NCBI GenBank assembly: GCA_963840375.1
Contig: CAWIYR010000001.1
Location: 588,810-652,809 of the forward strand
Length of the DNA: 64,000 nucleotides
Direction of reading: 5' to 3'
Origin: an uncultured Chloroflexia bacterium
GTDB taxonomy: Bacteria; Chloroflexota; Limnocylindria; Limnocylindrales; CSP1-4
Each line of letters begins with the position of its first letter. Positions within the stretch are counted from its first letter, which is position 1. The notes under the pieces were generated by a model, which was given only the letters and a program-made list of their open reading frames with translations, was not told the DNA's origin and searched no databases. This document shows, one piece after another, positions 1 to 10,226 of the stretch. A program made the position numbers and the translations under genes.

Positions 1-941
1 AAGTCGTACGCGTAGATCCCCCGGGTCAGGCTGGGCGCGGCCTCGGGCTCGACCGCGATGACCCGATAGCTCCGGCCCTCCCGGAAGTTCAGGCCCAGCC
101 ACGGGAAGGAGATCCCGGCGAAGTTCGAGCCGCCGCCGGCGCAGCCGATGATCACGTCGGGCTCCTCGCCGGCCATCTCCATCTGGAGGATCGTCTCCTG
201 GCCGATCACCGTCTGGTGGAGGAGGACGTGGTTGAGCACCGAGCCGAGGGAGTACTTCGTGTCGTCGCGGGTGGCCGCGTCCTCGACCGCCTCGCTGATC
301 GCCATGCCCAGCGAGCCCGGGCTGTCCGGCGTCTCGCCGAGGACCTGGCGGCCGTAGTTCGTGGTCAGCGACGGGCTGGCCACGACCTCCGCGCCGTACG
401 TCTCCATGAGCATCCGCCGGTACGGCTTCTGGTCGTAGCTCGCCCGGACCATGTAGACCTTGACCTCGAGCCCGAAGAGCGCCCCGGCGAAGGCGAGGGC
501 GGTCCCCCACTGCCCGGCGCCGGTCTCGGTGGCGATCCGCTTCGTACCCTCCTGGAGGTTGTACCAGGCCTGCGGGATCGCGGTGTTCGGCTTGTGGCTG
601 CCGGCCGGGCTCACGCCCTCGTACTTGTAGTAGATGTGGGCCGGCGTATCGAGCGCGGCCTCGAGCCGGTGGGCCCGGTAGAGCGGGCTCGGGCGGTACA
701 GCCGGTAGGCGTCGCGGACCGGCTCGGGGATCTCGATCTCGCGCTCGGTGCTGACCTCCTGGCCGATGAGCGCCATCGGGAAGAGCGGCGCGAGATCGGC
801 CGGGCCGATCGGCTGGAGGGTGCCGGGGTGGAGGACGGGGGCCGGCGGGACGGGCAGGTCGGCCGCGATGTTGTACCAGCTCCGCGGCATCCGCTCTTCG
901 TCGAGGATGAACTTCGTCCGCTTCGCGCTCGTGTCCGCCAC
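1..941 (-). CDS. trpB2: TrpB-like PLP enzyme (TrpB2, tryptophan synthase beta type 2), 3' end outside window
   Basis: Not in the ORF track because it runs off the edge. Manual translation from GTG at 941 (GGAGGA SD upstream) gives [25 protein letters not shown]...[18 protein letters not shown]...TETGAGQWG...GCAGGGSNF, the TrpB2 signature motifs. Confidence 0.93.
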   Translation of the reverse strand, partial: MADTSAKRTKFILDEERMPRSWYNIAADLPVPPAPVLHPGTLQPIGPADLAPLFPMALIGQEVSTEREIEIPEPVRDAYRLYRPSPLYRAHRLEAALDTPAHIYYKYEGVSPAGSHKPNTAIPQAWYNLQEGTKRIATETGAGQWGTALAFAGALFGLEVKVYMVRASYDQKPYRRMLMETYGAEVVASPSLTTNYGRQVLGETPDSPGSLGMAISEAVEDAATRDDTKYSLGSVLNHVLLHQTVIGQETILQMEMAGEEPDVIIGCAGGGSNFAGISFPWLGLNFREGRSYRVIAVEPEAAPSLTRGIYAYD

Positions 942-1118
942 TTCCGGTGCTCCTCCGTGATCGAATGACCCGTCGCGAGGACGAGGTCGGGGTGTCGTGG
1001 GTGTCAGGCCCCGCAGGGGCCGGCCGCCTCGGGATCGGCGGGTCCCGAAGCGTACGCCGGGCGGGCGGAGCCCGCAAGGCGACCGGCCGAAGCCTGGGGA
1101 CGCGTCCCGATCAGCGGA

Positions 1119-1217
1119 TCAGCGGACCAGCGGACCCCCCGCCGCGATGACGATGCCGACGACCGCCAGCACGAGGTTCACCACGCCGAGCGCAAGGACG
1201 GCTCGCAGGCCGGGCAC
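1119..1217 (-). CDS. Putative 32-aa single-TM small protein
   Basis: MPGLRAVLALGVVNLVLAVVGIVIAAGGPLVR. Has a hydrophobic helix and GC-typical codons, with an extended -10 (TGCTACGAT, 1273-1281) upstream. Start codon uncertain. Confidence 0.35.
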   Translation of the reverse strand: MPGLRAVLALGVVNLVLAVVGIVIAAGGPLVR

Positions 1218-1305
1218 GGCGGTCTCGTCGATCTCGGGCTCCTTCCGGGCACTGAAGGGCGGGTCGCCGGCGATCGTAGCAGGACCGATCGGGCCCCTGC
1301 GGGGC

Positions 1306-1908
1306 TCAACCGTCGAACGGCGCCTCGTGGAGCGGACGGTAGCGCGCCGGTCCCCCGCCGGTGACGCTCTCGAAGAGAATGAGCCGGTCGACCGTCCAGG
1401 TCACGTCCAGGTCCGCCGCCGCCGCGACGAGCCGGCGGGCGGTCTCGGCCCCGGCGGCGATCCCGTCCGACCGGGCCAGGGTGAGGTGGGGACGGAACGG
1501 CCGGTCGTCGGACGGCCAGCCTCGTCGGGCCAGCTCCTCGCCCAGCCGCGCGGTCAGTGCCCCCAGCTCGACGTCCCCCGGGCCGATCCCGAGCCACAGG
1601 GCGCGGGGACGGTCGATCCCCGGGAAGGCGCCGCCGCCGCGCAACCGCGCCTCGAACGGGACGATGGAGGCCGCCGTCGCGGCCACCGCGGCCCCCGCGG
1701 CGGGCAGCCGATCGTCGAGGGTCGGACCGATGAACCGGAGGGTCACGTGGAGCCCGTCGAGGCGCACCCAGCGGACGTCGCGTCGGGTCGGGTCGGCGAC
1801 CGCCCGGACTTCCGCCACGAGCGTCTCCACCCGCTCCCGGGCGATGTCGGACAGGGGCACGGCCACGAAGATCCTTCGCCCGGGGATCCCGGCGTACGGG
1901 TCACCCAT
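1306..1908 (-). CDS. thpR: RNA 2',3'-cyclic phosphodiesterase (2H phosphoesterase)
   Basis: RIFVAVPL N-terminus, two HxT motifs (LHVTLRF, PHLTLAR), LFES near the C-terminus. Confidence 0.92.
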   Translation of the reverse strand: MGDPYAGIPGRRIFVAVPLSDIARERVETLVAEVRAVADPTRRDVRWVRLDGLHVTLRFIGPTLDDRLPAAGAAVAATAASIVPFEARLRGGGAFPGIDRPRALWLGIGPGDVELGALTARLGEELARRGWPSDDRPFRPHLTLARSDGIAAGAETARRLVAAAADLDVTWTVDRLILFESVTGGGPARYRPLHEAPFDG

Positions 1909-1962
1909 GGCGATGTCCGGCCGGGCCGCCCCGCTGCTCCGGCGAGCCGCCGGGTCGACCGA

Positions 1963-2490
1963 TCACCGCGACGGGGGGTCGACGCGCTCCCGCTCCCAGG
2001 CGGCGCGGTCGGCCCGCAGGATCTCGAGCGCCCGGTCCCGCTCCCGCCAGCCGAGCACTTCGACGGTCTTGTCCTCGAGCATCTTGTAGGTCTCGAAGAA
2101 GTGCTCGATCTCGACCAGCCGGTGGGGGCGCATCTGGTCGAGACGCTCGATGTGGGCCTGGTTCGGGTCGGCCAGGGCCACGCACAGGATCTTGTAGTCG
2201 GCCCCCTTCTCGTCGCGCATCTCGAGGACGCCGACGGGCCGGGCGTGGACGTGGACGCCGGTGAAGGTCGGCTCGTCGATGATCAGCAGGGCGTCGGTGT
2301 GGTCGCCGTCGTCGGCCCGGGTCCCCTCGATGAAGCCGTAGTCGAAGTTGTAGAAGACCGCCGAGCTCAGGACGCGGTCCAGCCGGAACACGCCGGCCCG
2401 CTCGTCGAACTCGTACTTGTTCCGGCTGCCGCGCGGGATCTCGACCACGATCTCGACGACGTCGGGGAAGGCGGGCAGCGGCTCGGGCAT
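1963..2490 (-). CDS. ppa: Inorganic pyrophosphatase (family I)
   Basis: EIPRGSRNKYEFD, YGFIEGT, DGDHTDAL, DYKIL, HFFETYK motifs. Confidence 0.95.
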   Translation of the reverse strand: MPEPLPAFPDVVEIVVEIPRGSRNKYEFDERAGVFRLDRVLSSAVFYNFDYGFIEGTRADDGDHTDALLIIDEPTFTGVHVHARPVGVLEMRDEKGADYKILCVALADPNQAHIERLDQMRPHRLVEIEHFFETYKMLEDKTVEVLGWRERDRALEILRADRAAWERERVDPPSR

Positions 2491-2579
2491 GCCCGGAACG
2501 ATAGCGCTTCGGCGATCCGGCGTCCGTCGTGCCGGAGCGGTCGCCGCCTCCGGCAGTGCTGCGTCTTCACGGAAGGGCC

Positions 2580-5117
2580 ATGACCCGTCATGCTCGGCCG
2601 GTGCGGACGGATCTGCCGAGCGGTACGGTCACCTTCCTCGTCAGCGATATCGAGGGTTCGACGCGGCTCCTCCTCGACCTCGGGCCCGACGACTACGCCC
2701 AGGCGCTGACCCAGCACCGACGGATCGTGCGGGCCGCCTGTCGGGCCCACCGCGGCGTCGAGGTCGATACCCAGGGCGACGCGTTCCTGGTCGTCTTCTC
2801 CGCCCCGGGGGACGCCATCGCCGCCGCGGCCGCGCTGACCGAGGGTCTCGCCGGTGGCCCGATCCTGGTCCGCGTCGGTCTCCACACGGGCGTCCCGCTC
2901 GTCACCGACGAGGGGTATGTCGGCGAGGTCGTCCATGTCGCGGCCCGGGTCGCCTCAGCGGCCCATGGGGGCCAGGTCGTCGTGTCGCAGTCGACCAAGG
3001 CGGTCGCCGCGACGACCTTGCTCACGGACCTCGGATCGCACCGGCTCAAGGACATCGCGGATCCGGTCGTCCTCTATCAGCTCGGGGATCGGAGCTTCCC
3101 GCCGCTGCGAACGATCTCCAACACGAACCTGCCGCGACCGGCGAGCACGTTCCTCGGTCGCGCCCGGGAGCTCGCCGAGGCCCGCGCCCGGCTGGCCGAG
3201 GGGGCACGCATCCTGACCCTGACCGGACCGGGCGGTTCGGGGAAGACCCGCCTGGCGATCGAACTGGCGACCTCGCTGGTCCCGAGCCGGCGGGCCGGGG
3301 TGTTCTGGGTCGGGCTGGCCTCGGTCCGTGACCCGACGGTGGTGATCGAGACGATCGCCCGGACCGTCGGAGCCAAGACCGGCCTGGTGGACCACGTCGG
3401 CGATCGGGACATGGTCCTCGTCCTGGACAACCTCGAGCAGGTGATCGACGCTGCCCCCGATCTCGCCGACCTCGTGTCGGCGTGTCCGAACCTGACCCTC
3501 ATCGTGACCAGCCGCGAAGTCCTTCGGGTCGACGGCGAGGTCGGCTATCGGGTCCCGCCGCTGGCCGCCGCCGACAGCGTCGCACTGTTCTGTGAGCGGT
3601 CCCGGCTCGAGCCCAGCTCCGACATCGCTGCGCTGTGTGCCAGGCTCGACGACCTCCCCCTGGCGATCGAGCTCGCTGCCGCACGGACCACGGCCCTGAC
3701 GCCCGCCCAGGTCCTCGGGCGTGTCAGCGAGCGTCTCGACCTGCTCCAGGGTAGGCGCGACAGCGACCCGCGGCAGCGAACGCTTCGAGCGACGATCGAG
3801 TGGTCGTACGACCTCCTGGGTCCAGTTGAACGAACACTCTTCTGGCGCCTGGCCGTGTTCGCCGGCGGGTTCCGGCTTGAGACCGCCGAGGCGGTCGCCG
3901 ATGCCGACCTCGATCCGCTCCAGTCGCTGGTCGAGAAGAGTCTGGTGCTCTTCTCGGACGGGCGCTATCACATGCTCCAGACGATCCGCGACTTCGCCGT
4001 GGCGCTGCTCGAGGCCTCCCCGGAGGCCGACGCCCTGAGGCAGCACCACGCCGAGTGGGTCGCCGCACTCGTCGAACGCGGCGAGCCCCGCCTCGAAGGC
4101 CCGGAGCAGGAAGTCTGGCTGGCCAGGTTCGCCGAGGAGCACGACGAGATCCGGGCCGCCCTTACCGTCGGCCGAGGTGACATCGCGCTCCGGGTGGCCG
4201 GCGCCACGGCCACATTCTGGTGGGTCCACGGCCACTGGACCGAGGGTCGCCGTTGGCTGGACCACGCCCTCGCGCAGCCGGGGCCCCACGACGACTCGCT
4301 CCGTGCCAAGGTGCTCGAGGGGTCCGCCCATCTCGCGTTCCGGCAGCTGGACTACGAGCAGGCGAAACGTCAGGCCGGCGAGAGTCTAGCCATCCGAACG
4401 CGATCTGGCGACGAGAGTGGGATCGCTCGATCCCTTCGGGTCCTGGGCGTGATCGCTTCGGGCGAGGGTGACCAGGACGAGTTCCGGCGCTGCACCGAGG
4501 CGAGCGCCGAGTCCGCTCGTCGATCCGGTGACGGCTGGGCCCTGTCGATGGCCCTCAACAACCTCGGCTACGCCGCCATGGAGGTCAGCGAGCCCGGGCG
4601 TGCCTCCGGGCTCTTCGAGGAGGCGCTCGATCTCGCCCGCCGGCGGGGCGATCGACGGAGCGAGGCGTTCTTCCTCGAGAACCTCGCCTTTGCGAGGCTC
4701 GAGCGCGACGGGCCGAGCGCCGCGCGGAAGGATCTCGTCGCGAGCCTGCGATCGGCGCTTCGGCTCGGGTTCGTCGAGGTCGAGTCGACCGATCTGGTCG
4801 GGCTCGCGGCCGTTGCCGTCGCAGACCGCGATCCGCACCGGGGCGCGCTCCTCCTCGGACACGCCGATCGGCTGCTCGAGGCGATCGGTGGGCAGTGGGA
4901 CACGGTCGAGGCGCGCGTGCGCGCGCACACCCTGGCCGAGATCGAGCGTCGCCTCGGACCCGAGGCGCTCGAGGTCGGGCTCCAGGAGGGACGGAGTCTG
5001 GCGAGCTCTGCGATCGTCGCCCTGGCCATCGGCGCCGGTCTCGGCCTCGACGGCTCGGCCGCGGCGCCGGAGAGCGCCGAGCCGAGCGGCACCGGGCGGG
5101 CGGCTGAACGCCTCTAG
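2580..5117 (+). CDS. Class III adenylate/guanylate cyclase + STAND (NB-ARC-like) ATPase + TPR protein
   Basis: TFLVSDIEGST/TQGDAF/RVGLHTG cyclase motifs, then GPGGSGKT, LVLDNLEQ, TSRE and LPLAIELAA, then TPR-like repeats. Start placed at ATG 2580 (MTRHARP). Confidence 0.9.
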   Translation: MTRHARPVRTDLPSGTVTFLVSDIEGSTRLLLDLGPDDYAQALTQHRRIVRAACRAHRGVEVDTQGDAFLVVFSAPGDAIAAAAALTEGLAGGPILVRVGLHTGVPLVTDEGYVGEVVHVAARVASAAHGGQVVVSQSTKAVAATTLLTDLGSHRLKDIADPVVLYQLGDRSFPPLRTISNTNLPRPASTFLGRARELAEARARLAEGARILTLTGPGGSGKTRLAIELATSLVPSRRAGVFWVGLASVRDPTVVIETIARTVGAKTGLVDHVGDRDMVLVLDNLEQVIDAAPDLADLVSACPNLTLIVTSREVLRVDGEVGYRVPPLAAADSVALFCERSRLEPSSDIAALCARLDDLPLAIELAAARTTALTPAQVLGRVSERLDLLQGRRDSDPRQRTLRATIEWSYDLLGPVERTLFWRLAVFAGGFRLETAEAVADADLDPLQSLVEKSLVLFSDGRYHMLQTIRDFAVALLEASPEADALRQHHAEWVAALVERGEPRLEGPEQEVWLARFAEEHDEIRAALTVGRGDIALRVAGATATFWWVHGHWTEGRRWLDHALAQPGPHDDSLRAKVLEGSAHLAFRQLDYEQAKRQAGESLAIRTRSGDESGIARSLRVLGVIASGEGDQDEFRRCTEASAESARRSGDGWALSMALNNLGYAAMEVSEPGRASGLFEEALDLARRRGDRRSEAFFLENLAFARLERDGPSAARKDLVASLRSALRLGFVEVESTDLVGLAAVAVADRDPHRGALLLGHADRLLEAIGGQWDTVEARVRAHTLAEIERRLGPEALEVGLQEGRSLASSAIVALAIGAGLGLDGSAAAPESAEPSGTGRAAERL

Positions 5118-5159
5118 CTCAGAGAGACGGTAGACGCCCCACCGGCGCGGCCGCCACGC

Positions 5160-6236
5160 CTAGTCGTTGTAGAGACGCTCTTCGATGAGCTTCTCCTGCA
5201 CCGTCCGGCCGTTCGGGTCGAAGCAGGAGAACTCGAAGTGCTTCTCGAACTCGATGTCGACGTTGTCCTGCCCGCCGCGGTTCTTCTCGACGGTCACGAC
5301 GATCCAGTCGCGGAAGCGCTGCGCCTGGTAGGGGTTGAACTCGATGTTGACCTTGGCGACGATCTGGTACTTCTCGTTGAGGATGATGATGATGTCGGCC
5401 TCGTAGTTGATCGCCGACGAGCCGCGCAGGTGGTGGTTGCGCAGCCGGGCCGCCTTGAGGCCCTCCTTGTCCGCCGCCACGATCGTGATCATCGGGACAT
5501 CCTCGGCCAGGGCGATGTCCTTGAGGCCGTTGACCACGAAGGTGACCTTCTCGGTCTCGGTCGGGGGCTCGGGATAGACCGGCACCTTCTGGAGGTAGTC
5601 GACGACCACGAGGAGGCGCCGATCGCCGGACAGCTCCCGGTGGAGCTGGACGAGCTTGCGGATGTTCTCGATCGTGAAGGCCGTCTGGGTCCCCCGGACG
5701 AGGAACAGGTTCTGCCCGTAGCGAGCGATCCGGTCGAGCGACGGGCGCAGGCGCGGGTTGTTGGCCAGCTGCTGGGTCCCCTGGCCGTCGGCCGCCCACG
5801 ACCCGAGGATCTCCTTGCGGACGTCCTGGATCTTGATCGCCCCGGTCTTGTGGGGCAGGTGGGCGAGCGCGGACTCCATCGCGATGAGCCGGTTGAGGAG
5901 GTATTGCTCCTCGTGCTCGAAGCAGATGTAGAGGACATTGGCCTGGCCGCCGGAGGCCACGTTGCGGGCCATCTGGAGGGCCATCGTGGTCTTGCCCGTG
6001 CCCTGGGCGCCGCCGATGAGGAGGAGCTCACCCGAACGGAGACCGGTCCCCATCGTCTTGTCCAGCGGGGTGAACCCGAGCGGGACCGGCTGGTAGTCCC
6101 CCACGGACCCGCTCGAAACCTTGTCGTTGAGATCGACGAGCACGTCGAGCGCCGTACGCGGCGCCATGCTGCCGGTCGCGGTATCGAGCCGCCAGGTCCC
6201 CTTGGACGCGGTCTTGTCGGCTGCCTCGGTGCTCAT
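5160..6236 (-). CDS. Stand-alone DnaB-like helicase C-terminal (RecA-fold) ATPase lacking the DnaB N-terminal domain
   Basis: GGAQGTGKT, CFEHE, VVDYLQ, HLRGSSAINYEAD and EKNRGG motifs. Start at ATG 6236 with a GGAGG SD, downstream of TGCTAGGAT (6272-6280). Confidence 0.85.
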   Translation of the reverse strand: MSTEAADKTASKGTWRLDTATGSMAPRTALDVLVDLNDKVSSGSVGDYQPVPLGFTPLDKTMGTGLRSGELLLIGGAQGTGKTTMALQMARNVASGGQANVLYICFEHEEQYLLNRLIAMESALAHLPHKTGAIKIQDVRKEILGSWAADGQGTQQLANNPRLRPSLDRIARYGQNLFLVRGTQTAFTIENIRKLVQLHRELSGDRRLLVVVDYLQKVPVYPEPPTETEKVTFVVNGLKDIALAEDVPMITIVAADKEGLKAARLRNHHLRGSSAINYEADIIIILNEKYQIVAKVNIEFNPYQAQRFRDWIVVTVEKNRGGQDNVDIEFEKHFEFSCFDPNGRTVQEKLIEERLYND

Positions 6237-6368
6237 CGAGCGGTGATCCTCCCGGTGCTGGGTGTGGCCGCATCCTAGCATCCGACCCCGGGCCGGACAC
6301 CCTCCCGAACCTCACATTTCCGACATAGTACTGATGGCGACGCGGCGGCCCGATCCGCGCCATCCCGC

Positions 6369-7748
6369 TCAGGCTTCGGGCGCGGCCAGCTCGTCGAAGT
6401 AGCGCGCCATCACCCGGATCCCGCCCTCGAAGTTGGCCAGGTCCATCCACTCGTTGGGGGCGTGGAAGTTGCCGTCCGGCGGGCAGAAGCCGAGGAGGAC
6501 GACCGGCAGCCCGAGCGCCTGCTCGAAGGTCGCCACGAACGGGATCGAGCCGCCCTCCCGGATGTACAGGGGCGGCCGGCCGAAGGTCGCCTCGAGCGCC
6601 CGGGCGGCCGCCCGGACCGCCGGGTGGTCGATCGAGGTGCGACTGCCGAACCCACCGCCGAGGTCGCGGACCTCGACGCTCACCCCGGGTGGCGCGATCT
6701 CCAGGACGTAGGCTCGCAAGAGCTCGAAGATCCGGCGGGGATCCTGGTCGGCCACCAGTCGGCAGCTGACCTTGGCCGCCGCGCGGCCGGGGATGATCGT
6801 CTTCGAGCCCTCGCCCTGGTAGCCGCCCCAGATCCCGTTGACGTCGAGGGTCGGCCGGCCGCTCTTGCGTTCGAGGGTCGTGTAGCCCGCCTCGCCCACG
6901 AGCTCGGGCACGCCCAGGCTCGCCCGGTAGGTCTCCTCGTCGAACGGCAGCTCCGCGTAGCTGGACCGGTCCTCGTCGTCGAGCGCGACGACATCGTCGT
7001 AGAACCCGGGGACCCGGATGCGCCCGTCGGCACCCCTGAGCGCGGCGATGATCGAGGCGAGCGCGTTCGCCGGGTTGGCGACGGTCCCGCCGTAGGCACC
7101 CGAGTGGAGGTCCTGGAACGGACCGGTCACCTCGATCTGGGCGTACATCAGGCCGCGCAGGCCCACGGTCAGCGCCGGCAGATTGCCCTCGAAGAACCCG
7201 ACGTCGCTGACGATCGCCACGTCGCCGGCCAGGCGCGCCCGGTTCGCCAGGAGCCACGGCTCGAGATGGAGGGACGACGACTCCTCCTCGCCCTCGAAGA
7301 CGAAGCGGAGGTTGACCGGCAGCGCGCCACGCGTGGCGAGGAGCGCCTCGACGGCCTGGAGCATGATCGTCACGTTCGACTTATCGTCGCTCGCCCCCCG
7401 GGCGAGGACCCGCCCGTCGACCACGACCGGCTCGAACGGTGGTGAGGTCCATTCGTCGAGCGGGTCGACCGGCTGGACGTCGTAGTGCCCGTAGGCCACC
7501 ACGGTGGGAGCGCCCTCGGCGTGGAGCCAGTCGGCGTACACGATCGGATGGCCGCCGGTCTCGGAGGCCTCGACGTGCTCGAGTCCCATCGCCCGGAGCC
7601 GCTCGACGAGCCAGTCGGCGGCCCGGCGGCAGTCGGCCGCATAGGCCGGGTCGGTCGAGATGCTCGGGATCCGCAGGAAGTCGAGGTACTCGGCCAGGCG
7701 GCGGGTGCGGCCGGCCTCGAGGTAGGCCTCAAGGGCGTCGACGGTCAT
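6369..7748 (-). CDS. M20 family dipeptidase
   Basis: YGHYDVQP, ARGASDDK, EGEEE, DLHSG, GGSIP and HAPNE motifs. Confidence 0.93.
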   Translation of the reverse strand: MTVDALEAYLEAGRTRRLAEYLDFLRIPSISTDPAYAADCRRAADWLVERLRAMGLEHVEASETGGHPIVYADWLHAEGAPTVVAYGHYDVQPVDPLDEWTSPPFEPVVVDGRVLARGASDDKSNVTIMLQAVEALLATRGALPVNLRFVFEGEEESSSLHLEPWLLANRARLAGDVAIVSDVGFFEGNLPALTVGLRGLMYAQIEVTGPFQDLHSGAYGGTVANPANALASIIAALRGADGRIRVPGFYDDVVALDDEDRSSYAELPFDEETYRASLGVPELVGEAGYTTLERKSGRPTLDVNGIWGGYQGEGSKTIIPGRAAAKVSCRLVADQDPRRIFELLRAYVLEIAPPGVSVEVRDLGGGFGSRTSIDHPAVRAAARALEATFGRPPLYIREGGSIPFVATFEQALGLPVVLLGFCPPDGNFHAPNEWMDLANFEGGIRVMARYFDELAAPEA

Positions 7749-7771
7749 CGGGTCCTCCGTGCATGGAACGA

Positions 7772-7799
7772 GACAGGCGGGCCGCGAGGCCCGCCTGTC
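7772..7799. terminator. Perfect 12-bp hairpin between ftsH and the dipeptidase (terminator or RNA stability element)
   Basis: GACAGGCGGGCC-gcga-GGCCCGCCTGTC, with no long U-tract. Confidence 0.55.
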
Positions 7800-7823
7800 C
7801 GGTGCGTGGTGGCGTGACGGCGA

Positions 7824-9740
<1,917 letters not shown>

Positions 9741-9982
9741 GAGTGGAAGCCTCCGGGATGAGCGGGACAGGCGATCGTTCGGACGAACGCCACGGGGCGA
9801 GTATAGCGCCCGGTCCCCGGACGGCCCTTCGGCCGATCGGCGTCCCGGCGTTCACCCATCAGTACGGGCTGGGGACGCCGCCGGATCGGGTCCACGCGAT
9901 CGTTGGGTCCTGACGCTCCGTGGTCCCGCCGGCGCCGGCGGCGCCACGGGGATCGGTCACCGCCCGGGACGCATCGATCATC

Positions 9983-10057
9983 TGGTAGCGGAGGGCGGAT
10001 TCGAACCACCGACCAAGGGCTTATGAGTCCCCTGCTCTACCACTGAGCTACTCCGCC
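9983..10057 (-). tRNA. tRNA-Met(CAT), probably elongator, with encoded CCA
   Basis: GGCGGAGTAGCTCAGTGGTAGAGCAGGGGACTCATAAGCCCTTGGTCGGTGGTTCGAATCCGCCCTCCGCTACCA. G1-U72, G2-C71, C3-G70 acceptor stem as in Bacillus elongator tRNA-Met. -10 TAGAAT at 10071-10076. Confidence 0.93.
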
Positions 10058-10226
10058 GTGGGCCGTCGGCATTCTACCGCAGGACGAAGGGAGTGGCCGC
10101 GGCCGGACGCTCTCGTCCGTTCCGGATGATGACGAGGGAGCGCCGGGCGCTACGATTGACCCACGGGTCTCCCGGGCCGGCGGGTAGCCGGCGCCGTCGG
10201 GCGCGTCACCAGCTCATGGAGCGCCG

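Noticed and set aside
960-1005. Degenerate T-box before trpB2 (CCACGAC..CCCCG..TCGTCC resembles the valS antiterminator 3' side)
   Set aside because: The essential UGGN bulge, stem I motifs and a UGG specifier are absent.
1109-1136. Short tandem GATCAGCG/GACCAGCG repeats
   Set aside because: Only three to four 8-nt units with no spacers, so not CRISPR and too short to interpret.
2580-5117. STAND-TPR protein as an Avs-type antiphage system
   Set aside because: The N-terminal domain is a class III cyclase and the architecture is the common signalling type. There is no nuclease/TIR/SIR2 effector and no defence neighbours.
6298-6332. CRP-like site near the cyclase and DnaB-like genes (TCACATTT)
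   Set aside because: Only one half-site matches. The AT-rich patch is more simply a second promoter (TACTAT on the minus strand).
9983-10057. tRNA as an integration site, or as tRNA-Ile2
   Set aside because: No integrase, duplicated tRNA 3' end or compositional shift is adjacent. The acceptor stem resembles elongator Met, although Ile2 is not fully excluded.
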